From: Alphaproteobacteria bacterium
GTDB taxonomy: Bacteria; Pseudomonadota; Alphaproteobacteria; UBA828
Reading direction: 5' to 3'
NCBI GenBank assembly: GCA_965221125.1
Contig: CBDCRW010000007.1
Coordinates: 160,001 to 224,000 of the forward strand
Length of the DNA: 64,000 nt
In this document: in pieces, positions 29,993 through 39,032 of the stretch
How the letters are laid out: every line of letters starts with the position of its first letter
Position numbering within the stretch: the stretch's first letter is position 1
Made by a program: the position numbers and the translations under genes
Notes under the pieces: model-generated
What the model saw: the letters and a program-made list of their open reading frames with translations, nothing else
What the model was told of the DNA's origin: nothing
Database searches by the model: none

Positions 29993-30427
29993 TCAGCAGT
30001 TGAGGATATCCACTCCGACCTCGGCCTCCGCGATCAGGGCGGCCTGTTCGAGCAGGCGGCGCAACGCCCTGTCGGCCAGTTCTGCGCGTAGCGGCGTTCC
30101 GCGAGCCGTGACCTCAACTCCGTCGGCGACAACGTCAACTTTCTTCCTCCTGCCGGCCGCCATATGGTCTCGGAGTTCGGCGCTCAATCGGATATTGGTC
30201 TTCTGCGTCGGTCCGGGTGTTCGGTAGTGCTGCAGGCGTCGACGCAAGTTGTCGGCCTCGCCGATGCAATGCCGAGTCTCCTCGCCCACGTGAAGCCAGA
30301 ACCGGTACAGTCCCGGACGGTGGGGCGCGGCCGGGATGAGGAGGCGACTGATCTTGGGCATGGTGCGATTCCTTACTGAAATCATGGGAACAGAATAGGT
30401 ATCCAGAGGGAGCGTATTGGAGCGCAT
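29993..30427 (-). CDS. Hypothetical protein, GIY-YIG nuclease-like; probably a fragment
   Basis: PGLYRF...CIGEADNLRRRLQHY matches GIY...YIG...R spacing. Confidence 0.5.
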   Translation of the reverse strand: MRSNTLPLDTYSVPMISVRNRTMPKISRLLIPAAPHRPGLYRFWLHVGEETRHCIGEADNLRRRLQHYRTPGPTQKTNIRLSAELRDHMAAGRRKKVDVVADGVEVTARGTPLRAELADRALRRLLEQAALIAEAEVGVDILNC

Positions 30428-30571
30428 TCTAGACTATTGCCGTGGCCTGAAAAGTCGTCAAATCAATGAAATATCACAACAAATCGTACTTCAGCGCACT
30501 GCTGTCACAAGTTGCCCAACACCGCACGATGGTTCGGGGCCGCGCGAGCCGATCGCGAGGTCTCGAAAGGG

Positions 30572-31495
30572 TCACTGCCTGCCCAGCACCTCGTCCACGA
30601 AGGCGTCGAAGAGGGCGAGGACCCGCGCCCTGACCTCGTCCGTCTCCATCAGCGGCTCGTGCCGTGACTCGGGGATCGTCTCCAGCCGGCAATCGGGCAT
30701 CCGCCGGGCGAGGCGGGCCTGGGCCGCGTTCGAGACGACCCGGTCGGCGGCCGCGCTCACCATCAGCACCGGCGACCCGATCCGTTCGGGATAGCCCCGG
30801 CTGCGCAGGATCGCCACCGAGCGCCGGGTGGCGGCGAGCCAGCCCACGGTCGGCCAGCCGATGGCGAGCGTCGGCGTCTCGCGCATCAGCCTCTCCATGC
30901 GCGCGTAGCGTGCGCGGTCGCGCGTCAGCGGGTTGCCGTCGTAGGGCGGCGGGAACGAGCTCCACGCCGGCACGTAGCGGTTCCGCAAGCCCACGCTCAT
31001 GGCGGCGACGGTAAGCACGGCGCCGAGCGCCCGCTCCGCCGGGGTCATCATGATGTCCACCATGGGGGCGGAGAGGACGATGCCCTCGGCGAAATAGGGC
31101 GCGCCGGCCTCGTGCTCGGCGCGGTGGCGGAGCACGATGTGGCCCCCCATGGAATGGGCCAGCACCACGATGGGGCGCGGGGCCTCGGGCAGCACCACCC
31201 GCTCCAGGAACAGCGCGAGGTCGCTCAGGTAGTCCTCGTAGCTGACGACGTGGCCCTTGCGCGTGTCCTTCAGCACCCGGCCGGAGTGGCCCTGGCCCCG
31301 CCAGTCGAGCGCGTAGACGGCGAAGCCGCGCGCGTGCAGGTCGCCCACGGTCTCGCCGTACTTCTCGATGAACTCGGCCCGTCCCTGCAGCAACACGACC
31401 GTTCCCCGTGCCTCGCCCGGCGCTGCGGGCCAGACGGCGGTGCGGAGCGGCAGGCCGTCGCGGGCGACGAGGGTCGCGAGCTGCCCGTCGCCCAC
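30572..31495 (-). CDS. Lysophospholipase L2-like alpha/beta hydrolase
   Basis: GRAEFIEKY, DWRGQGHS, AHSMGG, RHEPLME. Confidence 0.9.
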   Translation of the reverse strand: MGDGQLATLVARDGLPLRTAVWPAAPGEARGTVVLLQGRAEFIEKYGETVGDLHARGFAVYALDWRGQGHSGRVLKDTRKGHVVSYEDYLSDLALFLERVVLPEAPRPIVVLAHSMGGHIVLRHRAEHEAGAPYFAEGIVLSAPMVDIMMTPAERALGAVLTVAAMSVGLRNRYVPAWSSFPPPYDGNPLTRDRARYARMERLMRETPTLAIGWPTVGWLAATRRSVAILRSRGYPERIGSPVLMVSAAADRVVSNAAQARLARRMPDCRLETIPESRHEPLMETDEVRARVLALFDAFVDEVLGRQ

Positions 31496-31498
31496 GCC

Positions 31499-32908
31499 TC
31501 AGGCTTTCGTTGCCGGCGCGTCGACCCCTTTGACCGGCACCAGGCCGGCGGGCGCGAGGCCGGCGAGCCTGACCGTGAGCGGGCCCGGCGTCTGGCCCCG
31601 ATCCTCCATGCGCTCCTTGCGCCGGTTGGCCGCGACCACCAGGCGCCCGCCGAAATAGCGCACCGGCTCGCGCGGGAAGAGCCCCACGTCGTCCCGCACC
31701 AGCCCGCACTCGGACCACTCGTCCTTATGCCCCAGCGCGAGCGAGGCGAGGATGCGCGCGCCCACCGAGGTCGGCCCCACGCCGTTGCCGGAGAAGCCGA
31801 GGCCGTAGAGCAGGTCGTCGCGCCCGCCGAGCCGGCCGAAGAAGGGGAGCCCGCTCAAGGAGCGGTCGATGGGCCCGGTCCAGCTCGTCGCGATCGGCAC
31901 GTCGCCGAAATCCGGGAAGATGTGGCGGAAGTAGCGCTCGACCTCGCGGGCGCGGGGCGAAGCGCCGTTGAAGCGCTCGTCCACCCGGTTGCCGAAGGCG
32001 AGCCGCCCGCCCCCGGTGCCGAAGGCGACGCGCCCGTCCACGGTCGGGCGGTAGTAGTTCACCAGGGTCCGGGAATCCGAGATGCACATGCCGTCCGCCC
32101 AGCCGGAGGCGGCCAGGCGGTCGGGCATCGGCCGGGTGGCGACGATATCGCTCGAGATCACGAGGATGGTCCGCCTGAGCTCCGGCAGCATGGTCGACCA
32201 CGCGTTCATGGCGATGACCACCTTCTCGGCGGTCAAGATGCCGCGCGGCGTCACCACCTGCGGCGGACGGCTGCGGTGGAGGCTCATCATCGGCGTCCGC
32301 TCGTAGATGCGCACGCCCCTGGCGAGCGCCACGCGCCTCAAGCCCCGCGCGAGCAGGGCCGGCTGCACGGTGGCCCCGGTCGGCTCGTAGACGCCGGCGA
32401 CGTGACGGTCTGTGCCCGAGCGCTGCTTGACCGTCTCCGGCTCCCACAGCTCGAAGGGGTGCAACTGATGGCGCGCCAGCGTGTCCACCAGCGCGTCCCA
32501 GGAGCCGGTCTGCGCCTCGCTGGAGGCCGCCCAGAGCCAGCCGTCGCCGCGGTAGTGCGCGTCGATCCCGTTCTCGGTGCAGAAGCGGCCGATCTCGCCC
32601 ACGGCGTCGGCCGACGCGCGGGCGAGCCGGGCCGCCTCGTCCGACGGGCAGAACTTGGCGAGCGAGCCGAACTTGGCCCACCAGCTCAGCACGAAGCCGC
32701 CGTTGCGGCCGCTGGCGCCGCTGCCGCATTCGTCCTTCTCGACGATGGCGATGTCGAGGGAGGGGTCGCGCTCCTTCAGGCGGAGCGCCGTCCACAGCCC
32801 GCAGAAGCCGCCGCCCACGATGCAGATGTCGGCGCGCTCCTCGCCTTCGAGCGCCGGCGCGGTCTCCTCCGCCGAAACCCCGGCTTCCGTCAGCCAGTGG
32901 CTAAGCAT
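31499..32908 (-). CDS. DAO-family FAD-dependent oxidoreductase (gamma-glutamylputrescine oxidase-like)
   Basis: IVGGGFCGLWTA, GASGRNGGF, WTGPID, GFSGNGV. Confidence 0.88.
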   Translation of the reverse strand: MLSHWLTEAGVSAEETAPALEGEERADICIVGGGFCGLWTALRLKERDPSLDIAIVEKDECGSGASGRNGGFVLSWWAKFGSLAKFCPSDEAARLARASADAVGEIGRFCTENGIDAHYRGDGWLWAASSEAQTGSWDALVDTLARHQLHPFELWEPETVKQRSGTDRHVAGVYEPTGATVQPALLARGLRRVALARGVRIYERTPMMSLHRSRPPQVVTPRGILTAEKVVIAMNAWSTMLPELRRTILVISSDIVATRPMPDRLAASGWADGMCISDSRTLVNYYRPTVDGRVAFGTGGGRLAFGNRVDERFNGASPRAREVERYFRHIFPDFGDVPIATSWTGPIDRSLSGLPFFGRLGGRDDLLYGLGFSGNGVGPTSVGARILASLALGHKDEWSECGLVRDDVGLFPREPVRYFGGRLVVAANRRKERMEDRGQTPGPLTVRLAGLAPAGLVPVKGVDAPATKA

Positions 32909-32923
32909 TCGCCCGCTCCATTC

Positions 32924-34318
32924 CTACCCGGCGTCCTCCGCGCGCGCGCCGAAGAGGAGCGTGACGTTGATCCGCCGGCTCGCGTGGCCCGCGCGGAAGG
33001 CCACGCCAGCGCTTTCGTGAATGAGGCTCGAATCGAAGATCACCGCCCTGTTGCAGCGGTAGGGAACGCGCACCGGCGCCCGCCCTTGCCGTGCCACGAG
33101 GCGCTCCAGCCGCGCCGGGTCGAGATTGTAGTCCGAGAATCCCCAGTCCGGCGGCGCGGCAACGTCGTGGACCGTGAGGCCCGCAGCCTCCGGGTCGGGG
33201 CAGGCGTCGTCCGGCGTGATCCAGAGGTTGACGTTGACGGCGGCCTTGTCCGCGTGCTTGCGCGTGCCGCCGCCCGCCTGGCCGTAGCTGAACGCCCACA
33301 TCTGCGTGAGCCGATGCCCCGCCACGATGCCGCTCAGCCGCTGCCGCAGCTCCTGGGCGAGAGCGATCAGCACCGGATGGTCGAAGCCCTCGTGCAGGTA
33401 GGCGCCGAGGTAGCCGCCGTGCTCCTTGCAGTCGAACCAGATCGTGGCCTCCCGGCAGAAGCGCTGCAGCGCGGCCAGCGCCGGCGCGCTCAGCAGATCG
33501 TCGACCACGACCACCGACGGCGTCGTCCCGTGGTAGCGCCGCTCGATCGCGCCCGCATCGAGGCCGGGGTCGAGCGCAGGCAGGATGGCTTCCTCCGGCG
33601 GGCGGTGGATCACCCGGTTGTAGATGGGACCGATCAGCCGCCGTTCGCTATTCGTGAGCACGCGCGGCACGCTCGGCCGGTCTTCGCTGCCGAAGCCGGC
33701 GAGCACGCGTCGCAAGCCCTCGCGGGCTTCGACGAGCGCGGGCGGAAGCAAGCCCTTCGCCAGCAGGTGGTCCATCTGCGCGAGGTCAAACTCCAGCTTG
33801 GTCCGGGACGCGGTGCGGAAGGTCTCCTGCTGGGCGGGGTCGAGCACAGCTTTATCCGTGGCCGGGTCCGTCCCCCACCAGGCGGAGCCACGATAGAGCG
33901 CGAGCGCCGCCCGGTAGCAGGCGACGGCCTCCTCCAGCCGCCCCTGTCGTTTCAGCGCCGCGCCGAGGTTAGTGTGCGCCGCCACCGAGCCCGGCGCCTG
34001 CGCCAGCGCCGTGCGGAAGGCGCGCTCCGCCGCCGCGTCGTCCCCCTGGCGGAGCGCCAGGTTGCCGAGCGTGATGCGCAGGCTCGCCTTGTCCGGCGCG
34101 AGCGCCGCCGCGGTCTCGAACGCCTCGCGCGCGCTCTCGAGGGCGCCCCGGTCGGCCGCGACGAGGCCGCAGACGTAGTGCGCGCCCGCATCGCGCGGGT
34201 CGTGGGCGAGGATGGCGCGGCCGATGGCCTCGGCCTCGCCGCTCCTGCCCGCCTGGTAGGCGGCGAACGCCGCGCCTGAGCGCGGCCGCGGCTCAGCGGC
34301 GCCGTGCGAGCCCGTCAC
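32924..34318 (-). CDS. TPR-repeat protein with a C-terminal putative Fe(II)/2OG oxygenase domain
   Basis: TPRs (AHTNLGAALKRQGRLEEAVACYRAAL); HAD...NLWITPD...NRAVIFDSSLIHES...RINVTLLFG. Confidence 0.75.
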   Translation of the reverse strand: MTGSHGAAEPRPRSGAAFAAYQAGRSGEAEAIGRAILAHDPRDAGAHYVCGLVAADRGALESAREAFETAAALAPDKASLRITLGNLALRQGDDAAAERAFRTALAQAPGSVAAHTNLGAALKRQGRLEEAVACYRAALALYRGSAWWGTDPATDKAVLDPAQQETFRTASRTKLEFDLAQMDHLLAKGLLPPALVEAREGLRRVLAGFGSEDRPSVPRVLTNSERRLIGPIYNRVIHRPPEEAILPALDPGLDAGAIERRYHGTTPSVVVVDDLLSAPALAALQRFCREATIWFDCKEHGGYLGAYLHEGFDHPVLIALAQELRQRLSGIVAGHRLTQMWAFSYGQAGGGTRKHADKAAVNVNLWITPDDACPDPEAAGLTVHDVAAPPDWGFSDYNLDPARLERLVARQGRAPVRVPYRCNRAVIFDSSLIHESAGVAFRAGHASRRINVTLLFGARAEDAG

Positions 34319-35918
34319 GGGTCACCTTGAACCCGGCCGCCTCGCGGTCCCAGGTCGCCGCCGTGATGCCGTCGGCGCGCAGCACCACCTTGCGCACCTT
34401 CTGCGTCGGCGTGCGCGGCAGATCGGCCCTGAACTCGATGAAGCGCGGCACCATGAAGTAGGGCATCTCGGCCGCACAATGGCGGAGCAGCGCCTCTTCA
34501 GTGAGCGCCGCGCCGGGATTCCGCACGACGACCACCATCACCTCGTCCTCGCCCACGTCGGCAGGCACCGCGACGGCGGCGGTCTCGGCGACGTCCGGGT
34601 GCTTGTTGACGATGCGCTCGACCTCGAAGGACGAGATGTTCTCGCCGCGCCGGCGGATCGCGTCCTTCATCCGGTCGTGGAAGAAGAGGAATCCCGCCTC
34701 GTCCATGTGGCCGCGATCGCCGCTGTGGAACCAGAGGTTGCGGAAGGCTGCCAGCGTCGCCTCTGGCAGGCCGTCGTAGCCTTCCATCAGGATGTAGGGG
34801 TGCCTCGCGCGCACCACGATCTCGCCCGACGTGCCGGGCGGCACCGGGCGGTCCATCTCGTCGAAGATCGCGACCTCGTAGTAGGGCGCGGCGCGGCCGG
34901 CGGTGCCCCTGGGCGTCGGCTCGCCGGGGCGCGTGTAGACGACGATGTTGGCCTCGGTCGAGCCGTAGCCCTCCGTCAGCTCAAGGCCGAAGCGCGCGAG
35001 GAACTCTTCCTGCACGTCGTGCGGGTTCGGCACCGAGTAGATCATGCGGAGCGGGTTGTCGGCATCGTCCTCCCGCGCCGGCTCGGCCCAGAGCATGTGG
35101 CAGATGCCGCCGACGCCCACCGTCACGGTGACGCCGTGCTCGCGTACGTCCGGCCAGAAGCGGCCCGCGCTGAAGCGGGGCCGCAGCAGCATCCGGCAGT
35201 TCGCCAGCATCGTGCCGAGCATGATGAACTTGCCCGCGATGTGGAAGAAGGGGAGGAAGTTGTAGGTCACGTCGTCGGCACGGAGCGAGACGATCTCGTT
35301 GAAGATGACGGCGAACGAGAGCTCGAAGTGGTTGTTGATGACCACGCCCTTCGACGGCCCCGTGGTGCCTGAGGTGAACATGATGCAGGCCGTGGTGGTC
35401 GCCTCGATGGGCTGCGGCCGGTCCGCGCCGTCCCCGCTCGCGATCTCGTCGAGCGAGAGCACCACGCCCGGCAGCGCGCGCCGCGCCTCCTCGATATCGC
35501 CGCCGGCGACGATGAAGGTGCCGAGGCCGGGGCAGCGCTCGGCGATGTGGGCGACCACGGGCACGAACTCCGCGTCCAGCACCATCGCGCTCGCCCGCGC
35601 GCTGGTGACGATGTGGGTGAGGATGTCGCCCCGGTAGGCGGTGTTGATCGGCACCTCCACGACGCCGAGCTTCGCCGTGGCGAACCAGACGAAGACGTGC
35701 GCCGGCGTATTCTGCATCATCACGGCGCAGCGCTGGCCCGCTTCGATGCCGCGCTCGCCAAGGCCTTCGGCGATGCGGTTGGCCGCGCGGTTGATGGCCG
35801 CGTAGGTGTAGTCCTGCCCCTCCCAGTGCATCACCGGGTGATCGGGGCGCTCCGCCGCGCGCTGCTCGAGCACGCGGCGGACCAGCCACGTCTCGGGCTC
35901 CCTGCCGATGGTCAGCAT
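34293..35918 (-). CDS. AMP-binding acyl-CoA ligase, CaiC-like
   Basis: FTSGTTGPSKG, GYGSTE, WFHSGD, RRRGENISS, PRTPTQK. Confidence 0.9.
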   Translation of the reverse strand: MLTIGREPETWLVRRVLEQRAAERPDHPVMHWEGQDYTYAAINRAANRIAEGLGERGIEAGQRCAVMMQNTPAHVFVWFATAKLGVVEVPINTAYRGDILTHIVTSARASAMVLDAEFVPVVAHIAERCPGLGTFIVAGGDIEEARRALPGVVLSLDEIASGDGADRPQPIEATTTACIMFTSGTTGPSKGVVINNHFELSFAVIFNEIVSLRADDVTYNFLPFFHIAGKFIMLGTMLANCRMLLRPRFSAGRFWPDVREHGVTVTVGVGGICHMLWAEPAREDDADNPLRMIYSVPNPHDVQEEFLARFGLELTEGYGSTEANIVVYTRPGEPTPRGTAGRAAPYYEVAIFDEMDRPVPPGTSGEIVVRARHPYILMEGYDGLPEATLAAFRNLWFHSGDRGHMDEAGFLFFHDRMKDAIRRRGENISSFEVERIVNKHPDVAETAAVAVPADVGEDEVMVVVVRNPGAALTEEALLRHCAAEMPYFMVPRFIEFRADLPRTPTQKVRKVVLRADGITAATWDREAAGFKVTRDGLARRR

Positions 35919-35944
35919 CGCGCGCCGTCGATCCTCATGCCGCC

Positions 35945-35972
35945 AGAATGGAGACCGGCCGTTCGATGTCAA
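35945..35972 (-). promoter_or_regulatory. Putative sigma70 promoter for the CaiC-like operon
   Basis: Minus strand TTGACA-N16-CATTCT. Confidence 0.45.
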
Positions 35973-36013
35973 CGCTTGCCGCGAATGTGAACGATCTTGC
36001 GCGGTTTCCCGCC

Positions 36014-36042
36014 TTGACGGGGGCAAACCGGGTTTTCATAGT
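36014..36042 (+). promoter_or_regulatory. Putative sigma70 promoter for the beta-oxidation operon
   Basis: TTGACG-N17-CATAGT. Confidence 0.55.
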
Positions 36043-36116
36043 GCGCGGGAGTGCGTCCCCCGCGTCCGGACAGGGCGGAGCGGGGCCGCGAATCCCAGGC
36101 AAGAGGAGCGGAGCCC

Positions 36117-37841
36117 ATGGCTGAGGGCGAGGCGCAAGCGGGTGCCCACCCCTGGGAGAAGTCCTACCCGGAGAATGTCGACTGGAACGCGCCGCTGCCG
36201 AAGGCGCCGCTGCAGCGCCTGCTCGACGATGCGGTCGCCAAGTTCGGAGACCGCCCGGCGATCGACTTCATGGACAAGGTCACGACCTACCGCGAGCTTG
36301 GCGACCTCGCGAACCGTGCGGCCGAGGGTTTTCAAAAGCTCGGCGTCGGCAAGGGCACCAAGGTCGGCATCCTGCTGCCCAACTGCACCAACTTCGTGGC
36401 CATCTACTACGGCGTGCTGAAGGCGGGCGGGACGGTTGTCAACGTCAACCCGCTCTACGCCATCGAGGAGATCAAGAGCCAGATCGAGGATTCCGAGGCC
36501 GATATCCTGGTCACCCTCGACCTCTCCATCCTCTACGACAAGGCCCGCATCGCGCTCGACCAGACGCGGCTCACCCACCTGGTGATCTGCCCCATGGCGG
36601 AGATGCTGCCGGGGCTGAAGAAGCTGCTCTTCCCCATCGTCAAGCGCAGCGAGATCGCCAGGATCCCGCGCGATTCCCGCCACGTGTTCTTCCGCACGCT
36701 GACCGACAATTCCGGCAGGCCCACGCCGGTCGAGATCGAGGTCGACGACGACATCGCGGTGCTGCAGTACACCGGCGGCACCACCGGCACGTCCAAGGGC
36801 GCGATGCTGACCCACGCCAACCTCAGCGCGAACGTGGCGCAAGGGGCGATGATGATGCCCGGCGCCGAGGAAGGCCGCGAGGTCATGATCGGCGTGCTGC
36901 CGCTCTTCCATGTCTTCGCCATGGCCGTGGTGATGAATTTCAGCATCCGGATCGGCGCCAAGATGGTCCTGCTGCCGCGTTTCGAGCTGGATAACGTGCT
37001 CAAGGTCGTACACAAGAAGCGGCCGACTTTCTTCCCCGCGGTGCCGACGATCTACATCGCGATCAACGGCCATCCGGACGTGGCGGCCGGCAAGTACGAC
37101 CTCTCCTCCATCAAGCTCTGCCTCTCCGGCGGCGCGTCGCTGCCCCGCGAGGTGCAGGAGAAGTTCCAGGAGCTTTCCGGCTGCACGCTGGTGGAGGGCT
37201 ACGGCCTCAGCGAAACCTCGCCGATTGCGACCTGCAACCCGACCTCGCCCGGCGGCAGCCGCGAAGGCTCCCTCGGCGTGCCGGTGCCGGGCACCGTGGT
37301 CGACATCTGCTCCATCGACGACCCGGAGAAGGTGCTGCCGCAAGGCGAGATCGGCGAGATCTGCATCTCCGGCCCGCAGGTGATGAAGGGCTACTGGAAG
37401 CGCGACGAGGAGAACGAGCGCGCCTTCGCCGGCGGCCGCTTCCACACCGGCGACGTCGGCAAGATCGACGAGGACGGCTACGTCTACCTCATCGACCGGC
37501 TGAAGGAGGTCATCATCGCCGGCGGCTACAACGTCTATCCGCGCCACGTGGAGGAGGCGATCTACAAGCACCCGTCGGTGCTGGAGGTGACGGTCATCGG
37601 CGTCGACGACGCGCGGCGCCAGCAGACGGTCAAGGCCTTCGTCCGGCTCAAGGACGGCGAGAGCCTGACCGCCGACGCGCTCACGGACTTCCTCAAGGAC
37701 AAGCTGTCGCCCATCGAGATGCCGAAGCAGATCGAATTCCGCGACGAGCTGCCGAAGACGATCATCGGCAAGCTTTCCAAGAAGGAGCTGATCGCCGAAG
37801 AGGCCGCGAAGCAGGGCGCGGCCGCTGGCGGCGCCGCATGA
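36117..37841 (+). CDS. Long-chain fatty acid/dicarboxylate-CoA ligase (FadD/PimA-like)
   Basis: QYTGGTTGTSKG, EGYGLSE, FHTGD, PKTIIGKLSKK. Confidence 0.92.
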   Translation: MAEGEAQAGAHPWEKSYPENVDWNAPLPKAPLQRLLDDAVAKFGDRPAIDFMDKVTTYRELGDLANRAAEGFQKLGVGKGTKVGILLPNCTNFVAIYYGVLKAGGTVVNVNPLYAIEEIKSQIEDSEADILVTLDLSILYDKARIALDQTRLTHLVICPMAEMLPGLKKLLFPIVKRSEIARIPRDSRHVFFRTLTDNSGRPTPVEIEVDDDIAVLQYTGGTTGTSKGAMLTHANLSANVAQGAMMMPGAEEGREVMIGVLPLFHVFAMAVVMNFSIRIGAKMVLLPRFELDNVLKVVHKKRPTFFPAVPTIYIAINGHPDVAAGKYDLSSIKLCLSGGASLPREVQEKFQELSGCTLVEGYGLSETSPIATCNPTSPGGSREGSLGVPVPGTVVDICSIDDPEKVLPQGEIGEICISGPQVMKGYWKRDEENERAFAGGRFHTGDVGKIDEDGYVYLIDRLKEVIIAGGYNVYPRHVEEAIYKHPSVLEVTVIGVDDARRQQTVKAFVRLKDGESLTADALTDFLKDKLSPIEMPKQIEFRDELPKTIIGKLSKKELIAEEAAKQGAAAGGAA

Positions 37842-37895
37842 TCGCGGCCTGACGCCGCGACGTACCGCACCAGACAGAGCAAGAGGCCCCAGCCC

Positions 37896-39032
37896 ATGAA
37901 CAATGCCGTCATCGCCGGCTATGTCCGCTCGCCCTTCCACTTCGCCCACAAGGGCGCGCTGGTCGAAAAACGCCCCGACGACCTCGCGGCCGAGGTCGTG
38001 CACGGCCTGCTCGACCAGACCGGCGTCGACCCCGCCGAGATCGAGGACCTGATCATCGGCTGCGCCTTCCCCGAGGGCGAGCAGGGCTTCAACATGGGCC
38101 GCATCGTGGCGCTCATCGCGGACCTGCCCATCTCGGTCGCCGGCGCCACCGTCAACCGCTTCTGCGGCTCGTCCATGCAGGCGATCCACATCGCCGCCGG
38201 CGCGATCCGCATGGATGCGGGCGAGGCCTTCATCTGCGCCGGCGTCGAATCCATGAGCCGCGTGCCCATGGGCGGCTTCAACCCGGCGCCGAACCCGGAC
38301 CTCTACGAGAAGAACGAGGGCGCCTACATGTCCATGGGCGAGACCGCCGAGAACCTCGCCCGCAAGTACCAGATCACCCGCGAGGAGCAGGAGTCGCTCG
38401 CGGTCGCGAGCCACGCCCGCGCCACGTCCGCCTGGGACGACGGCAGGTTCGCCGGCGAGGTGATCGCGGTCGAGACCGGGGACGGCACGGTGGAGCGCGA
38501 CGGCTGCATCCGCCCCGGCACCAGCGCCGAGGTGCTCGCCGGGCTGGAGCCCGCCTTCGATGCCGACGGCACGGTCACCGCCGGCACGTCCTCGCCGCTC
38601 ACCGATGGCGCGGCCGCCGTGCTGGTCTGCACCGAGGACTACGCCAAGCGCAACGGCCTCTCCGTGCTCGCCCGCATCAAGGCCATCGCGGTGGCCGGCT
38701 GCCTGCCGGAGATCATGGGCTACGGCCCCGTCGTCTCGTCGGAGAAGGCGCTCGCCCGCGCCGGGATCAAGATGGCCGACATCGACGTGGTCGAGCTCAA
38801 CGAGGCCTTCGCCGTCCAGGCCCTCGCCTGCGTGCGCGAGCTTTCCATCGACCTAGAGCGCATGAACATCGACGGCGGCGCCATCGCCATCGGCCACCCC
38901 CTGGGCGCCACCGGCGCGCGGATTACCGGCAAGGCCGCCCAAATCCTCCGCCGCGAGGACAAGCGCTACGCGCTCGCCACCCAGTGCATCGGCGGCGGCC
39001 AGGGTATCTCCACCGTGCTTGAGGCCGCCTGA
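37896..39032 (+). CDS. Acetyl-CoA acyltransferase (thiolase)
   Basis: NRFCGSS, NEAFA, GHPLGATG, CIGGGQG. Confidence 0.94.
   Translation: MNNAVIAGYVRSPFHFAHKGALVEKRPDDLAAEVVHGLLDQTGVDPAEIEDLIIGCAFPEGEQGFNMGRIVALIADLPISVAGATVNRFCGSSMQAIHIAAGAIRMDAGEAFICAGVESMSRVPMGGFNPAPNPDLYEKNEGAYMSMGETAENLARKYQITREEQESLAVASHARATSAWDDGRFAGEVIAVETGDGTVERDGCIRPGTSAEVLAGLEPAFDADGTVTAGTSSPLTDGAAAVLVCTEDYAKRNGLSVLARIKAIAVAGCLPEIMGYGPVVSSEKALARAGIKMADIDVVELNEAFAVQALACVRELSIDLERMNIDGGAIAIGHPLGATGARITGKAAQILRREDKRYALATQCIGGGQGISTVLEAA

Noticed and set aside
31112-34279. 1055-aa plus-strand ORF
   Set aside because: Antisense shadow of well-supported minus-strand genes, typical of high-GC DNA; no motifs
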